Source of the DNA: Sedimentisphaerales bacterium
Lineage (GTDB): Bacteria; Planctomycetota; Phycisphaerae; Sedimentisphaerales; Anaerobacaceae
Length of the DNA stretch: 64,000 nt
Direction: 5' to 3'
Assembly: GCA_963708075.1 (NCBI GenBank)
Contig: OY970194.1
Location: 5,696,001 to 5,760,000 of the forward strand
The first letter of the stretch is position 1. Each line of letters opens with the position of its first letter. Below, piece after piece: positions 1 through 10,129 of the stretch. Under the pieces are notes generated by a model. The model saw only the letters and a program-made list of their open reading frames with translations. It ran no database searches and had not been told where the DNA came from. Position numbers and translations under genes: made by a program.

Positions 1-251
1 GCATCGGCTCACTCGTCTTGTTTCGCGAGCGGCTCAATCATCAGGGCTGGCTGGGCAAGACGCTGGCCGAGAACCAGTACGCCGCGTATCTGTTCCATGT
101 GCCCGTGGTGGTCTTCGTGCAATACCTGGTGGCTGGTTTCACCTTGCTGCCGTTCGCCAAGTTCGCCCTGGTAACGGCGGTAAGCGTGCCGCTGACGTTC
201 CTGCTCAGCGCCGCTGTCAGAGCCCCCGTACTCGTCAGGAGAATCCTATAG
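1..251 (+). CDS. 3' end of an acyltransferase-3 (OpgC/OafA-like) membrane protein, truncated by the window start
   Basis: Hydrophobic ORF with [10 protein letters not shown] motif typical of the Acyl_transf_3 C-terminus. Confidence 0.65.
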   Translation, partial: IGSLVLFRERLNHQGWLGKTLAENQYAAYLFHVPVVVFVQYLVAGFTLLPFAKFALVTAVSVPLTFLLSAAVRAPVLVRRIL

Positions 252-440
252 CTTCCAGGCCTTGGCAAACGCCTTGAAGCTGCGGTCATAGGTCTTTTCG
301 ACGTCATCCGGGAAGCAACACGCCGGCAACTGCTGGGACGAGAGATGATAGCTCAGGCACTGGCAGCAGATGCCCTTGCGGTCGCAGCCGGGATAGGAGC
401 AATTGCAGTCTTTTGAGTTCTTAGCCTTCTGACATTCCAT
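246..440 (-). CDS. small Cys-rich protein (DUF6485-like)
   Basis: 64 aa; [17 protein letters not shown]...LPACCF...TYDRS; GAGGAG RBS upstream. Confidence 0.7.
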   Translation of the reverse strand: MECQKAKNSKDCNCSYPGCDRKGICCQCLSYHLSSQQLPACCFPDDVEKTYDRSFKAFAKAWKL

Positions 441-689
441 AGGGTACTGATCTCCTCTTGGATCTCATTTTCTTCAGTGAATTGCTCATTGCGGTCGTCA
501 GTGTACCGAGAGCCCCCGGCAATTGCAAACGATGACGAGAGCATGCGAAAACCGCAGGCGTTGGTGAACGTACCTTGTGGTGGAGCTATGTGCGGCCGGG
601 CGCGACGGGAGATGAGCAAATCCCCGATGCGGGCACAGAAAGCCGGCATACCCGGCCGGCACGGAACCATCAGATTGAGGAGATGAGCG

Positions 690-1061
690 ATGCAAGCGAA
701 ACTCAGCACCATGTTCGTGGCCGGCCTTTTCATGGCCGTCTGTACCACCGTAATGCTCTTGCCTGCGGGCTGCCAGCCGTCCAATCAGGTCGCCTCAAAG
801 CCGGCGGAGCCCGCTGTTTGCCCCGTTTGCGGGCGGGAGACGCGGACTCAGCCGCTCACCGGACTGAAGTACACGACTTGCATATGCCCAACGTGCAAGC
901 AGGTCTCGACCTTGGACCAAGCCACTGCTGATGCCATAGAGCGCGCCTTCGGGTACGAGCCCGGTTTCCTGGCCACCGTCTGCGAGGGGTGCGGGGCAGT
1001 CATGCAGGAATGTGCGGTCTGTCGGGAGGCTGCGCAGGATAGGGCGGCACGAGGCTCTTGA
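690..1061 (+). CDS. putative lipoprotein with four CxxC motifs
   Basis: Signal peptide/lipobox LPAGC; CPVC, CPTC, CEGC, CAVC; GAGGAG upstream. Confidence 0.65.
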   Translation: MQAKLSTMFVAGLFMAVCTTVMLLPAGCQPSNQVASKPAEPAVCPVCGRETRTQPLTGLKYTTCICPTCKQVSTLDQATADAIERAFGYEPGFLATVCEGCGAVMQECAVCREAAQDRAARGS

Positions 1062-1168
1062 CTTCGTCCTCCTGGCACGGTATTGCATGGGCGCGGTCCG
1101 GGCAGGCTGTGTGTTCGATCAGACCCGGCGCCGCTCGAAGGAATCTGAATTGGGAAAGGATGCCGCTC

Positions 1169-1933
1169 ATGCAATACAGGCTCATCGTGCCCATGCTGCT
1201 TCTGGTACTGGCTCTCATGGGTTGTCAATCCGCGCAGGTCGCTCCAAAGGCAGAGAGCATCCGCGTCTCCGACGATGTTACGCTACAGCCCATCGCCCCG
1301 GGTGTATGGGTCCACACGACGTATTTTGACGTTCCTGATTATGGGCGGGTCGGGGCTAACGGGCTCGTGGTCGTCAGCGATAAGGAGGCCGTGCTGATCG
1401 ACCTGCCATGGACCGATGAGCAGACGGCGGCGCTGTTCGACTGGATCGCGGAGAATTCAGGCGCAACCGTCAAGGTCGTCGTCCCGACTCACTTCCATCG
1501 GGACTGCATGGGCGGCCTGGCAGAGGCGCACCGCCGCGGGGCGACCTCCTACGGCCTGGACAAGACCATCGCGTTTGCCCGGGAAGACCATCTGCCGGTC
1601 CCAAAGTGTCCATTCAAATTGCGAACGGCGATCCACTGCGGCAAGGAGATTGTCCTTCTGGCGTACCTCGGCGCCGGCCACACCACCGACAACATCGTGG
1701 CCTGGCTGCCCAGACAGCGGGTGCTGTTCGGCGGCTGTCTCGTCAAGTCTCTGGATGAACAGTCGCTGGGCAATACGAGCGATGGCGACCTGACGGCCTA
1801 CCCGATCACGCTGAGAAAGATGCAGACCGCCTACCGTAGTTCCAAGATTGTCGTTCCGGGCCATGGCGACTGGGGTGGACCCGAGCTGATCGATCACACA
1901 CTGAAGCTTTGCAGCAAGAAGAGCCCTCAGTGA
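1169..1933 (+). CDS. bla: subclass B1 metallo-beta-lactamase, lipoprotein
   Basis: THFHRDCMGG (HxHxD), GHTTDN, FGGCLVK, PGHG, NGLVV; lipobox LMGC; start chosen after GGAAAGG. Confidence 0.85.
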   Translation: MQYRLIVPMLLLVLALMGCQSAQVAPKAESIRVSDDVTLQPIAPGVWVHTTYFDVPDYGRVGANGLVVVSDKEAVLIDLPWTDEQTAALFDWIAENSGATVKVVVPTHFHRDCMGGLAEAHRRGATSYGLDKTIAFAREDHLPVPKCPFKLRTAIHCGKEIVLLAYLGAGHTTDNIVAWLPRQRVLFGGCLVKSLDEQSLGNTSDGDLTAYPITLRKMQTAYRSSKIVVPGHGDWGGPELIDHTLKLCSKKSPQ

Positions 1934-1968
1934 CGCACGAGGTCGCCGGCCGCACTCAGGAGCCACAC

Positions 1969-2376
1969 ATGAAGCCTCCGGACATGGAATACAAGACGAC
2001 GGTCGAAGATGAGCACTGGCGCAATGAGGAATTCCAGTGGGCCCGCATTTTGGCTCAAGGTAATGCCGCCCGGGGCATGGTCCTGCTGTACCTGCAGAAG
2101 GCCTGTACCGCCTTTCACGAATTTGAGCCCGCCTGCAAAGCCGGCGCCCTGCGGGAGGACCGGCTCAGTTTCTTTCGTCAGCGCCTGGCGAACCGGCTCC
2201 GGCAACTCCTGACAACGATGTGTAACAACAGCCTCGATACGCTCCCCGGTGCGGCGGAACTGGCCGAGATCCTCTGCGAGGTCGAATCTGCCAAAAGCAT
2301 GCAGGCCCTTTCCGAGTTGACCGAGCGGCTCCACACGGTCGGCCACATCCTGCTCGACTCACTCGAACGAGCGTGA
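1969..2376 (+). CDS. hypothetical helical protein
   Basis: ORF with AGGAG RBS; no motif recognised. Confidence 0.6.
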   Translation: MKPPDMEYKTTVEDEHWRNEEFQWARILAQGNAARGMVLLYLQKACTAFHEFEPACKAGALREDRLSFFRQRLANRLRQLLTTMCNNSLDTLPGAAELAEILCEVESAKSMQALSELTERLHTVGHILLDSLERA

Positions 2377-2492
2377 GTGTTTTGATCTCGTCAAATACCT
2401 GTTGACCTTCTGCTCGAAATCCCGATAATGCCGGCTTTCGCCCGCGATGCGGGATGGCAGATCGGATGAAGAAAGGGATGATTGCACGTCGG

Positions 2493-3167
2493 ATGAGTAG
2501 CACATCGCACAGGCCGCTGACTCTGTTTTTTGATCTGGATGGCACGCTCAGCGATCCCAGCGAGGGGATCACGAGGTCGGTACAGCATGCGCTGGAGTGC
2601 CTCGGCCGGCCCTATCCGCCCAAGTCGGAGCTGACGCGATACATCGGGCCGCCCCTGCGATGGACGTTCCCCAAGCTGCTCGACACCGACGACAAGGAGC
2701 TTGTGGAGACCGCCGTCGATTATTATCGCGAGCGGTATGAGGACGTGGGGCTCTTCGAAAACGAAGTCTATCCGGGAATCCCGGAGCTGCTGTGCCGGCT
2801 GCGGGATGATGGCTATCCGCTGTACGTCGTCACCGCCAAGCCGAAGGTATACGCGGATCGAATCATCCGCCACTTCGGGCTCGACCGCTGTTTCATCGAG
2901 GTCTACGGCCCCGAGCTCGACGGCCGGTTCGACGAGAAGCGTGAGCTTGTCGGGTTCATCCTGCACCAGCGATCCCTCGATCCGAGGCGCACCGTGATGA
3001 TCGGCGACCGGGCCAGCGACATCGAGTCGGGCAGGGCCTACGGCACGTGCGCCATCGGTGTGACCTACGGCTTCGGCACGCTCGAAGAGATCACCGCTGC
3101 CAAGCCCGACCACATCTGCCACAACCCCAATGAGATCTATCCCGCTGTGCAGCGGATTCCTGGCTGA
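2493..3167 (+). CDS. HAD-family hydrolase (phosphoglycolate phosphatase-like)
   Basis: FFDLDGTL motif I, VVTAK, MIGDRASD, GVTYGFG; start approximate. Confidence 0.9.
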   Translation: MSSTSHRPLTLFFDLDGTLSDPSEGITRSVQHALECLGRPYPPKSELTRYIGPPLRWTFPKLLDTDDKELVETAVDYYRERYEDVGLFENEVYPGIPELLCRLRDDGYPLYVVTAKPKVYADRIIRHFGLDRCFIEVYGPELDGRFDEKRELVGFILHQRSLDPRRTVMIGDRASDIESGRAYGTCAIGVTYGFGTLEEITAAKPDHICHNPNEIYPAVQRIPG

Positions 3168-3177
3168 CAGGCGGCTC

Positions 3178-4638
3178 TCATCGCCCGGACCGAGACGCTG
3201 CACCGAAACGGATATCCTTTGTGTGCTCGCCGATCTTCACACGGCTGGAATCCTGCACGAGCTTCTCGCCGAGGATCGAGACATTCTCGAAAGTCACGTC
3301 TCGCACGTTGTGCTCGGCATCCGCGCCTTCGATCTGGATGAGGTACTCGCCGGGCTTGCCCTCCAGCGTCACGTTGCGGAACTGCACGTCCTGGATGAAG
3401 CCGGGGACCTTCTTGCGCATGTACTGGTTTACCACGGGGCGCAGGCGAATGAGCTCTCGCTGGCCCTCGCCGTAAATGCGGATGTCTTCAATGGTGACGT
3501 CCTCCAGATGCATATCCTCGCCAGGCTCCAGCAGGAACGCGGTCATGGTGAAGTGGATGATGTCCAGATTCCGCAGCGTCACGCTGCGCATGTACTCAGC
3601 ACGGCTCTCGTGCCCGAGCAGGAAGATGCGCGCCCGGTCGCACCAGAGCGTCGAATTCTCGACTGTGATCGACTCGACGTTGCTGTTCGTCCCGCTGAAA
3701 TCGAGCCCCTTAAGGGCGACACAATCGTCGTCGCTGCGGATGAAACAATCCGTGATCAATACATTCTGGGAATTGCACGGATTGATGCCATCGTCATTCT
3801 GGACGCGGGAGTTGCACAGTTTCACGTTGCGGATCGTCACATTCCGGCTGCCATTCGGCACGATGGTCCAGTGGGATGATCCGCGAAGCGTGATGCCGTT
3901 CACCTCGACATCGCTGCTGTTGCGAATCGCGATCAGGTTGCCGATGGGGCCCTTGCGCCATTCCCAATCGGAGCCGTCAAGAATGCCTCGCCCACAGATG
4001 CGGATATTCGAGCCTTCCGCGAGCACCTCCGCCTTCACGACAGCGCCGCCGGCCAAGTACAGGGTTTGGCCGCTCTTCAGCGTGATCTTCTCCGGCTTGT
4101 GCACGCCGGGACCGAAGTAGACGACATTCGGATCGCCTTCCTTCGGTGCATTCGTCTCCTGGGGATTGGCGAAGAGCAGCAGGGGACCTTTCTTTCCGTC
4201 CGGCTCGACGCTGACTTTGCGCGGCTGGTCCATCGCCAACGTCAGGGTATGCTCGTCCTCTACGGTCATGCGCACTCCGGCTGATTGTGGTCGGATCACC
4301 GTGCTGCGAAGCGATCGCGGCGAAGTGATCCGCACTGTAACCGGCCCCGACATATCGAAACTCGCGAACGAGTACGGACCGCCATAATCATATTCTTTGC
4401 CCGCAAAGGGCGGATCGAGGACCCGAGCCATATACACGTCCACCCTCTGGCCTGCCGCCTCCACCTTGTAGTCGGTTGAGAGGGCTTCCCCGGCAGGGGC
4501 GGGATAGGTGACGACTTTACCCGCGTTCTCCGCGGCCCAGCCATGACTTGACACTACGATTACCCCAACCACGACTCGAAGCGCCGCCAGTCTGGCGGCA
4601 TCAGTTACCTTTGTTATGCTGTTCAAGACCGTCATCAT
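3178..4638 (-). CDS. secreted glycoside hydrolase family 28 (pectin lyase-like beta-helix)
   Basis: Signal peptide; YFGPGVH, GRGILDG, NDDGINP, SDDDCVALK. Confidence 0.8.
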   Translation of the reverse strand: MMTVLNSITKVTDAARLAALRVVVGVIVVSSHGWAAENAGKVVTYPAPAGEALSTDYKVEAAGQRVDVYMARVLDPPFAGKEYDYGGPYSFASFDMSGPVTVRITSPRSLRSTVIRPQSAGVRMTVEDEHTLTLAMDQPRKVSVEPDGKKGPLLLFANPQETNAPKEGDPNVVYFGPGVHKPEKITLKSGQTLYLAGGAVVKAEVLAEGSNIRICGRGILDGSDWEWRKGPIGNLIAIRNSSDVEVNGITLRGSSHWTIVPNGSRNVTIRNVKLCNSRVQNDDGINPCNSQNVLITDCFIRSDDDCVALKGLDFSGTNSNVESITVENSTLWCDRARIFLLGHESRAEYMRSVTLRNLDIIHFTMTAFLLEPGEDMHLEDVTIEDIRIYGEGQRELIRLRPVVNQYMRKKVPGFIQDVQFRNVTLEGKPGEYLIQIEGADAEHNVRDVTFENVSILGEKLVQDSSRVKIGEHTKDIRFGAASRSGR

Positions 4639-4827
4639 GGTGCCTCCTGTTCTTATCCGGAACTTCGTGCGTTTCTTCTATCGGACACCATACCACGATT
4701 TCCCGGAATCTCCAGCTTTAATGGGAAATCAGACAATACTTGCGTTGCATGACCGATTTGATACTATGGTGTCGCCCGTGACAGGCACGGCTCAAGAGAT
4801 AGAAAACGCTTTTTCTGGAGGGCAGAA

Positions 4828-5145
4828 ATGGCAATGGTGAGTCACAGAAGATCTTTCATCAGTCTGGTGGTTCTATTGGTGGGCATATCCCTCTGCGGCG
4901 GCTGCACCGACTTGAAATATCATGAGATTTTCGGGGCCGGGCTTCTCGGCGCCGGGGTCGGAGCCATCGTCGGACACCAATCCGACGAGTGCGGCGCGGG
5001 CGCTGCCGTTGGAGCGGCAGTCTTCGCCACCGGCGATCTGCTGTGCCAGATCGACCACCTCAACGAACAGAAAAAAGTGGAAAAGACCGCGGAGGAGGTC
5101 GCCAGGGGAGACTCTCTGCTCGATCACATCCAGTGGGACCAATAG
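4828..5145 (+). CDS. glycine-zipper lipoprotein
   Basis: Lipobox LCGGC; GAGLLGAGVGAIVG...GAGAAVGAA. Confidence 0.7.
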   Translation: MAMVSHRRSFISLVVLLVGISLCGGCTDLKYHEIFGAGLLGAGVGAIVGHQSDECGAGAAVGAAVFATGDLLCQIDHLNEQKKVEKTAEEVARGDSLLDHIQWDQ

Positions 5146-5175
5146 TGGCAACCGAAGTGCATCAGCTCGTGTACA

Positions 5176-5811
5176 TCAGTGCGGGTGACCAGCAGGTTCG
5201 GCGGACTTTTCGCTCTCCACGTTATGGCCGGCTTGGCCGACGGCGTCGGCGTGAAGTCGCTCGACGTAGTGCGTAAACTCCACGTATGCGCTGATGAACT
5301 CACGTCCTGCGGCGACATTCTCGTCGGCGTGTTTCTTGTTTTCCATTGTTTCGACGAAGCGGCGATGGATGCCATCGCTGACAAGCTTCACAATCTCCTG
5401 CGTCAGCCCTTCCACGGATCCGGTTTCGAGGGCCTTGTCCGATGCAGCAATGACCGGCTCGACCTGTCCGGCGGGTTTCAGGCCTGTGTACGGCGCGCCT
5501 TCGCCCGCGCGATGCAATCGTACCAGCGTCTCAAAGAAGTACCTGTCCGCCAGGTCCTTCGCCTCCGGGCTCAACCCCCTGACCGCCAGGGTCTTCTTGA
5601 ACGCCTCGCGAATTTCCGTCTCATGCTCTGCCTTGACCCACTTGAGGACAGGCGTCACGTCGCCCTTGCCCAGGGCCGCCTGCGCCGTCTTTACCACCGG
5701 CCCATCCATCGTGTCACAGTGCCCATATGCTCGGTCTTCCGGCCCCAGCCATCCCATGCCGGCCAGGAAGACTACAGCAGACACAATTCTCGTTGTTCGC
5801 TTTGCCGTCAT
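5176..5811 (-). CDS. secreted DUF6448-like protein
   Basis: HCDTMDGPVV...VLKWV...FFETLVRLHRAGEGAPYTGLKPAG; AAGGAG RBS before ATG 5811. Confidence 0.8.
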   Translation of the reverse strand: MTAKRTTRIVSAVVFLAGMGWLGPEDRAYGHCDTMDGPVVKTAQAALGKGDVTPVLKWVKAEHETEIREAFKKTLAVRGLSPEAKDLADRYFFETLVRLHRAGEGAPYTGLKPAGQVEPVIAASDKALETGSVEGLTQEIVKLVSDGIHRRFVETMENKKHADENVAAGREFISAYVEFTHYVERLHADAVGQAGHNVESEKSAEPAGHPH

Positions 5812-5982
5812 GCCACAACTCCTTTGACATAGGGACTTGATGTATCCAGGACGCACAGATCGCCCCGTGCAATACAGCATACGATACGATCCATTCCATG
5901 CGGAGTTCCCGGTTCGCAAAATTTCTTCGATGTGCTTCCCCACGAGGGGAAGGACCCGCCCTGAGGATTCTCTCCTTTTCTC

Positions 5983-6011
5983 TTGACACACCTTCCACGG
6001 GCGCCGATAAT
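5983..6011 (+). promoter_or_regulatory. sigma70-type promoter for the small-protein/radical SAM pair
   Basis: TTGACA-17 nt-GATAAT. Confidence 0.55.
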
Positions 6012-6231
6012 TCCACGTACACCAGTGAGCGAAGACATCTTGTGCGATTGTGCGTTTCATTTGTGCTCTTTCAGTCGTTGGAGAATCCGAGCCGGCGAGG
6101 ATCCCACGGGCGTTTTCTCACCTGACACACGTGTGCCACGGTGCACCCGTGGGGCATCGAGCGGCGCGAGGCCGAATCTCCGACTGATACAGATGGACAG
6201 GCCTGCGTACTACTTTTGAAAGGGGAGAACC

Positions 6232-6495
6232 ATGAGTAAGAAGAGAGTCACGTTGCCGCAGACATCCGGGTCGGTATTCCAGGTCGCAGAGCATTTTCCG
6301 CTGGAGCGCATGGGAGATCCGGCGCCCTGGTTCCGGATCGAGGAGTTGATGAGGGACTTGACCCGAGCCCAAATCACGCAGATCAATCAAAAACAGATGG
6401 AGGCGTACTCACAGATCGTGCAGCTTCAAAGCCAGATCATGGACATCAGAGCGAGAGCCATCAGAGAGATCACCGAGATTCAAAGAGGAAGGTAG
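6232..6495 (+). CDS. 87-aa protein with GDPAPW motif and Gln-rich coiled tail; candidate substrate of the adjacent radical SAM enzyme
   Basis: AAGGGGAG RBS; ORF directly upstream of the B12-rSAM gene. Confidence 0.7.
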   Translation: MSKKRVTLPQTSGSVFQVAEHFPLERMGDPAPWFRIEELMRDLTRAQITQINQKQMEAYSQIVQLQSQIMDIRARAIREITEIQRGR

Positions 6496-6715
6496 CCGGG
6501 GGCAGGACGAGTGCGAACACCCAACCGATTCAGACGAACGCAGGCCTGTCCGTCTGCATCGCCCCGGGATGTGCCTCGACAAGAGTCAGCTACTTGTGGG
6601 GAGAAGAACGCCATGTCGGACCGCTCCGTGGTCGTCGGCTACGCGGTGTCTCGGCGATGGCCGCGGCCGCCAAGCCGGGCCGTTGCATGCGAAGCTTCAG
6701 ATCGAAGGAGAGGTT

Positions 6716-8278
6716 ATGCGTGACCCGCGAGCGGCCATTGTGGCGTTTCTGGAGCAGGACAACCTCGGAGTCGGATATCTCGCGTCTATGCTGCTGCAGA
6801 ACCACATCGATGTCGGTATCGTGGACTTCTGTCTCGGCAGGCAATCCATCCTGGAGTATATCCTGCGCACCAAGCCATCCATCGTGGGATTCTCCATCAT
6901 ATTCCAGTACCACATTCATGACTTCAGAGATCTGATGGCGTACCTGAGGACCCACGGTGTCCGTTGTCATTTCACCGCCGGGGGACACTATCCGAGCCTC
7001 AGATATGCCGACCTCCTGGAGCTGATCCCCGACCTGGATTCGGTCGTGCTCTTCGAGGGTGAACGTACGTTCCTGGAGCTGGTCCGCTCCAGCCGCCTGA
7101 AAGGGAAGTGGAAGTCCCTGGAGGGGATCGCCTACCGGCAACGCGGGCGCGCCGTCGCCAATCCGCTGCGTCCGTTGGAAAGCGACCTGGACCGGTTCCC
7201 GCCGCCGGTTCGTCAACCTCTGAAAGAATGCGCGTTCGGCAGGAAATATGCGACCATTCTGGCCGGGCGGGGCTGCTACCACAATTGTGCGTTTTGCAGC
7301 GTTCGCCGGTTTTACTCCGGACCTCCCGGGCCGGTGAAACGAGTCAGACGGCCCGAGATGGTGGTGGCCGAAATGGAACTGATGCATCGTGACCTCGGTT
7401 GCTCCATATTCCTGTTTCAGGACGATGACTTTCCCGTGGCCGGGCGCGCGGGAAAGCAATGGGTGGCGGAATTCTGCAACCTGCTGGTGCAGAAGGACCT
7501 TCACAGAACGGTCATGTGGAAAATCAGTTGCCGGTCTGACGAGGTTCAGGGCGACCTTTTCCGCAGGATGAAAGAAGCCGGCTTATTCTTCGTCTATATG
7601 GGCATTGAAGATGGGACAGAGGAGGGCCTTGCCCTCATGAACAAACGCGTCAGTGCCGACACACACTGCCGGGCGGTGGAGACCCTCAAGAAGCTCGGCA
7701 TGGAGTATGATTTCGGTTTCATGCTCTTTCATCCTGACAGTACGTTCCGGTCTGTCTCGCAGAACCTCGGTTTTCTCAAACGCATTTGCGGCGACGGCTC
7801 CTCGCCCATCACGTTCGGCAAAATGCTGCCGTATGCGGAGACACAAATCGAGTACAGACTCAAGAACGAGGGAAGGCTGAAAGGTCCACCGGGTTTTGAG
7901 GACTACGATTTCGCGCATCCTTCCCTGGATTCCCTGTATCGTCTCATGTCAGAGTGCTTCCGCGAATGGGTCGGCCGGCCCGATGGGCTGCTCAATCTCG
8001 CCAGGTGGGCGCGCTATTCGCTGGGCACGTATCACAAGTACTATCGGAGGACCCGCAAGTCGGCGGCCCTGGAGCGGGCCATGAGAGGGTGTATCGCTCA
8101 GAGTAACCGGTACTTCATCAAGACCGCCAGGGAACTTGTGGCCCTGTTCGAGTCAGCGCGCAATGGCGCCGATGCGGCCGTCTTCGCGTCCATCAGGGAT
8201 ACCGTCACGGACAACCATGCCGAGTTCAAGCAGCGATTGATCCGGGTGATGGATGACATCCGAGCCCTCGCGGAGTAG
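6716..8278 (+). CDS. B12-binding-domain radical SAM protein
   Basis: N-terminal B12-binding domain (NLGVGYLAS, VGFS, AGGHYPS, FEGE); GRGCYHNCAFC; FQDDDF; AAGGAG RBS. Confidence 0.9.
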   Translation: MRDPRAAIVAFLEQDNLGVGYLASMLLQNHIDVGIVDFCLGRQSILEYILRTKPSIVGFSIIFQYHIHDFRDLMAYLRTHGVRCHFTAGGHYPSLRYADLLELIPDLDSVVLFEGERTFLELVRSSRLKGKWKSLEGIAYRQRGRAVANPLRPLESDLDRFPPPVRQPLKECAFGRKYATILAGRGCYHNCAFCSVRRFYSGPPGPVKRVRRPEMVVAEMELMHRDLGCSIFLFQDDDFPVAGRAGKQWVAEFCNLLVQKDLHRTVMWKISCRSDEVQGDLFRRMKEAGLFFVYMGIEDGTEEGLALMNKRVSADTHCRAVETLKKLGMEYDFGFMLFHPDSTFRSVSQNLGFLKRICGDGSSPITFGKMLPYAETQIEYRLKNEGRLKGPPGFEDYDFAHPSLDSLYRLMSECFREWVGRPDGLLNLARWARYSLGTYHKYYRRTRKSAALERAMRGCIAQSNRYFIKTARELVALFESARNGADAAVFASIRDTVTDNHAEFKQRLIRVMDDIRALAE

Positions 8279-8317
8279 AGGAAGCATCTCCGTCTCTTGC
8301 GCGAGCACAGGGTGCCT

Positions 8318-9304
8318 CTATCCAAAGTGCAGTTCGACGACGTCTTTATCGTGGAGGACGTGGGTGAGGTGGACGCTTTGGCCGGGGTAGACGTCGGTGC
8401 CCCAGATGCGGGCGGATTTGAGCTTTTCGGCCAATTCCCGGTGGATCACGGTGGCCATATCCTGGACGGTAGCCCCGGTAGGCAGCGTGAAAGGGGCCTC
8501 CATGTCCGCCGGCTTGCCGGGCGGCTTGGCGTACACGCGAATGATGTTCAACATGCGGAACAGCAGCTCAGCGAACTTGTCAAGGCCCTCGGCGGTCTGC
8601 GTGGAGACCTGGAGAAACTCCATCGGCTTGTCGAACGAGTTCCTGGCCAGCTCGAACGCCCCGGCCGGTGCGATGTCCGCCTTCGTGCAGATGCACACCG
8701 CCTTTCTGCCCAGTGCATTGCCCTGGCCATCCACGGCGGGGGTCTTCTCATCCAGCAACAGGTTGCGGGATTCGAGAAAGTCCATCAGCACCAGGGCCTG
8801 CTCCTCGATATCCTGCGACAGGTCGATCACCACGGCGATGATATCGCCGTTGCGGTAGGTGCCCACCTGGCCGGGCGCAACGAAGTCGGCGGTGATTGGC
8901 GGCATGTCCACGAGCTGAATCTGCACGTCCTCATACTTCACCATCCCCGGCACAGGGGCGTGGGTGGCGAATGGGAAATCGGCAACGACGACCTTGGCAT
9001 TCGTCAACGTGGCCAGCAGACTGCTCTTGCCTGTATTGGGCAGGCCCAGCAGGACGACCTGTCCGGCCCCGGTTCGCGGCACATGGAATACATCCGCGTG
9101 CTTACCGCCCTTTTTCTGCTGGGTGGCGGCCTCCCTGAGGCTGCTAAGCTTGCGGCGAAGATCCGCCCTCAGGCCGTCAGTGCCCTTGTGCTTGGGCATT
9201 ACCGACAGCATCTGCTCCAGCGCGAGGATCTTCTCCTCGTTGGTCTGGGCACTGCGGAACCATTCCTCCGCCTTCTTGTAGTCTGGTGGTAAGTTTGCAG
9301 GCAC
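8318..9304 (-). CDS. DRG/OBG-family GTPase with TGS domain
   Basis: MPANLPP start, PKHKGT, GLPNTGKSS, FPFAT, C-terminal TGS (LHDKDVVELH). Confidence 0.9.
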   Translation of the reverse strand: MPANLPPDYKKAEEWFRSAQTNEEKILALEQMLSVMPKHKGTDGLRADLRRKLSSLREAATQQKKGGKHADVFHVPRTGAGQVVLLGLPNTGKSSLLATLTNAKVVVADFPFATHAPVPGMVKYEDVQIQLVDMPPITADFVAPGQVGTYRNGDIIAVVIDLSQDIEEQALVLMDFLESRNLLLDEKTPAVDGQGNALGRKAVCICTKADIAPAGAFELARNSFDKPMEFLQVSTQTAEGLDKFAELLFRMLNIIRVYAKPPGKPADMEAPFTLPTGATVQDMATVIHRELAEKLKSARIWGTDVYPGQSVHLTHVLHDKDVVELHFG

Positions 9305-9617
9305 CGGTCAATCACACCCTGGTTTACGGTTCAAAGAACGCCGTGGACCTCGCAAGATCACGTTGGATAAACATGAGCTTCTCTTCTATATAGCGACAGC
9401 CAACAGGATCGTCAAGGATCGCAATCCAATCGGGCGGCGCCCATCCGCATTGAGGCAAGACTTCAGGGCCCCGCGCCCTGCGGGCTTTTATAAGCCTTTT
9501 GTTCCACGCAATCAGGAGAAAGCTACCGTTCGGACTTGGCATGTTCTCCGTATCTGTGTGCGTTAGAGGTGTCAGTTTCTATCTTGAGAAGGACATTAGA
9601 AGCGAAAGGAGCGAACC

Positions 9618-9872
9618 ATGAGAAACATCGATCTGAATACCGCTTCAAAAGAGGACCTGCTGGAGGTTTCAGGCATTGATCCGTCTCTCGCTGATAGAAT
9701 CATTCAATTCCGCGATGAGCGTGGCGGGATCGACAGTGTGGATGAATTGAGAGAGGTCGGCGGCATCAGTGAGTCAACGCTCGAGGAGCTCCGAGCCGCG
9801 GCCGGCGAGAGTGAAAGCGCGGATGTTGAGAGTGAAGGTATCGAAGAAAGCGAAGAAGAGGAAGAGTGGTAA
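9618..9872 (+). CDS. ComEA-like helix-hairpin-helix protein with acidic tail
   Basis: IDLNTASKEDLLEVSGI...ELREVGGI; AAGGAG RBS. Confidence 0.85.
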   Translation: MRNIDLNTASKEDLLEVSGIDPSLADRIIQFRDERGGIDSVDELREVGGISESTLEELRAAAGESESADVESEGIEESEEEEEW

Positions 9873-9888
9873 TCACAGGGCATGAAAG

Positions 9889-9908
9889 GGGCGCGCTGCA
9901 GCGCGCCC
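9889..9908. terminator. GC-rich hairpin after the HhH gene
   Basis: GGGCGCGC-TGCA-GCGCGCCC. Confidence 0.5.
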
Positions 9909-10129
9909 TGGCATTTCCAGGCACATCATTCCAGACAATTCAAGCTCTACACCCCCAGTCCCGAAAAGGACAGGGGTGGCTTTCAAACCTGCTCACATAG
10001 CTTCAGAAGCTCGACGTTATCCCTGATTTGCACTGCTTTTGTTCATTCATCCAGCGATTTTGCGCCGGTTTTTCCCTGCAGATGAGGACATAATAGTGAA
10101 AAACAGAGCAGCTCTGTAGTACTTGACGA

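Noticed and set aside
246..5811. Integron cassette array around the MBL
   Set aside because: No attC-like palindromes or integron integrase recognised; genes are in mixed orientation.
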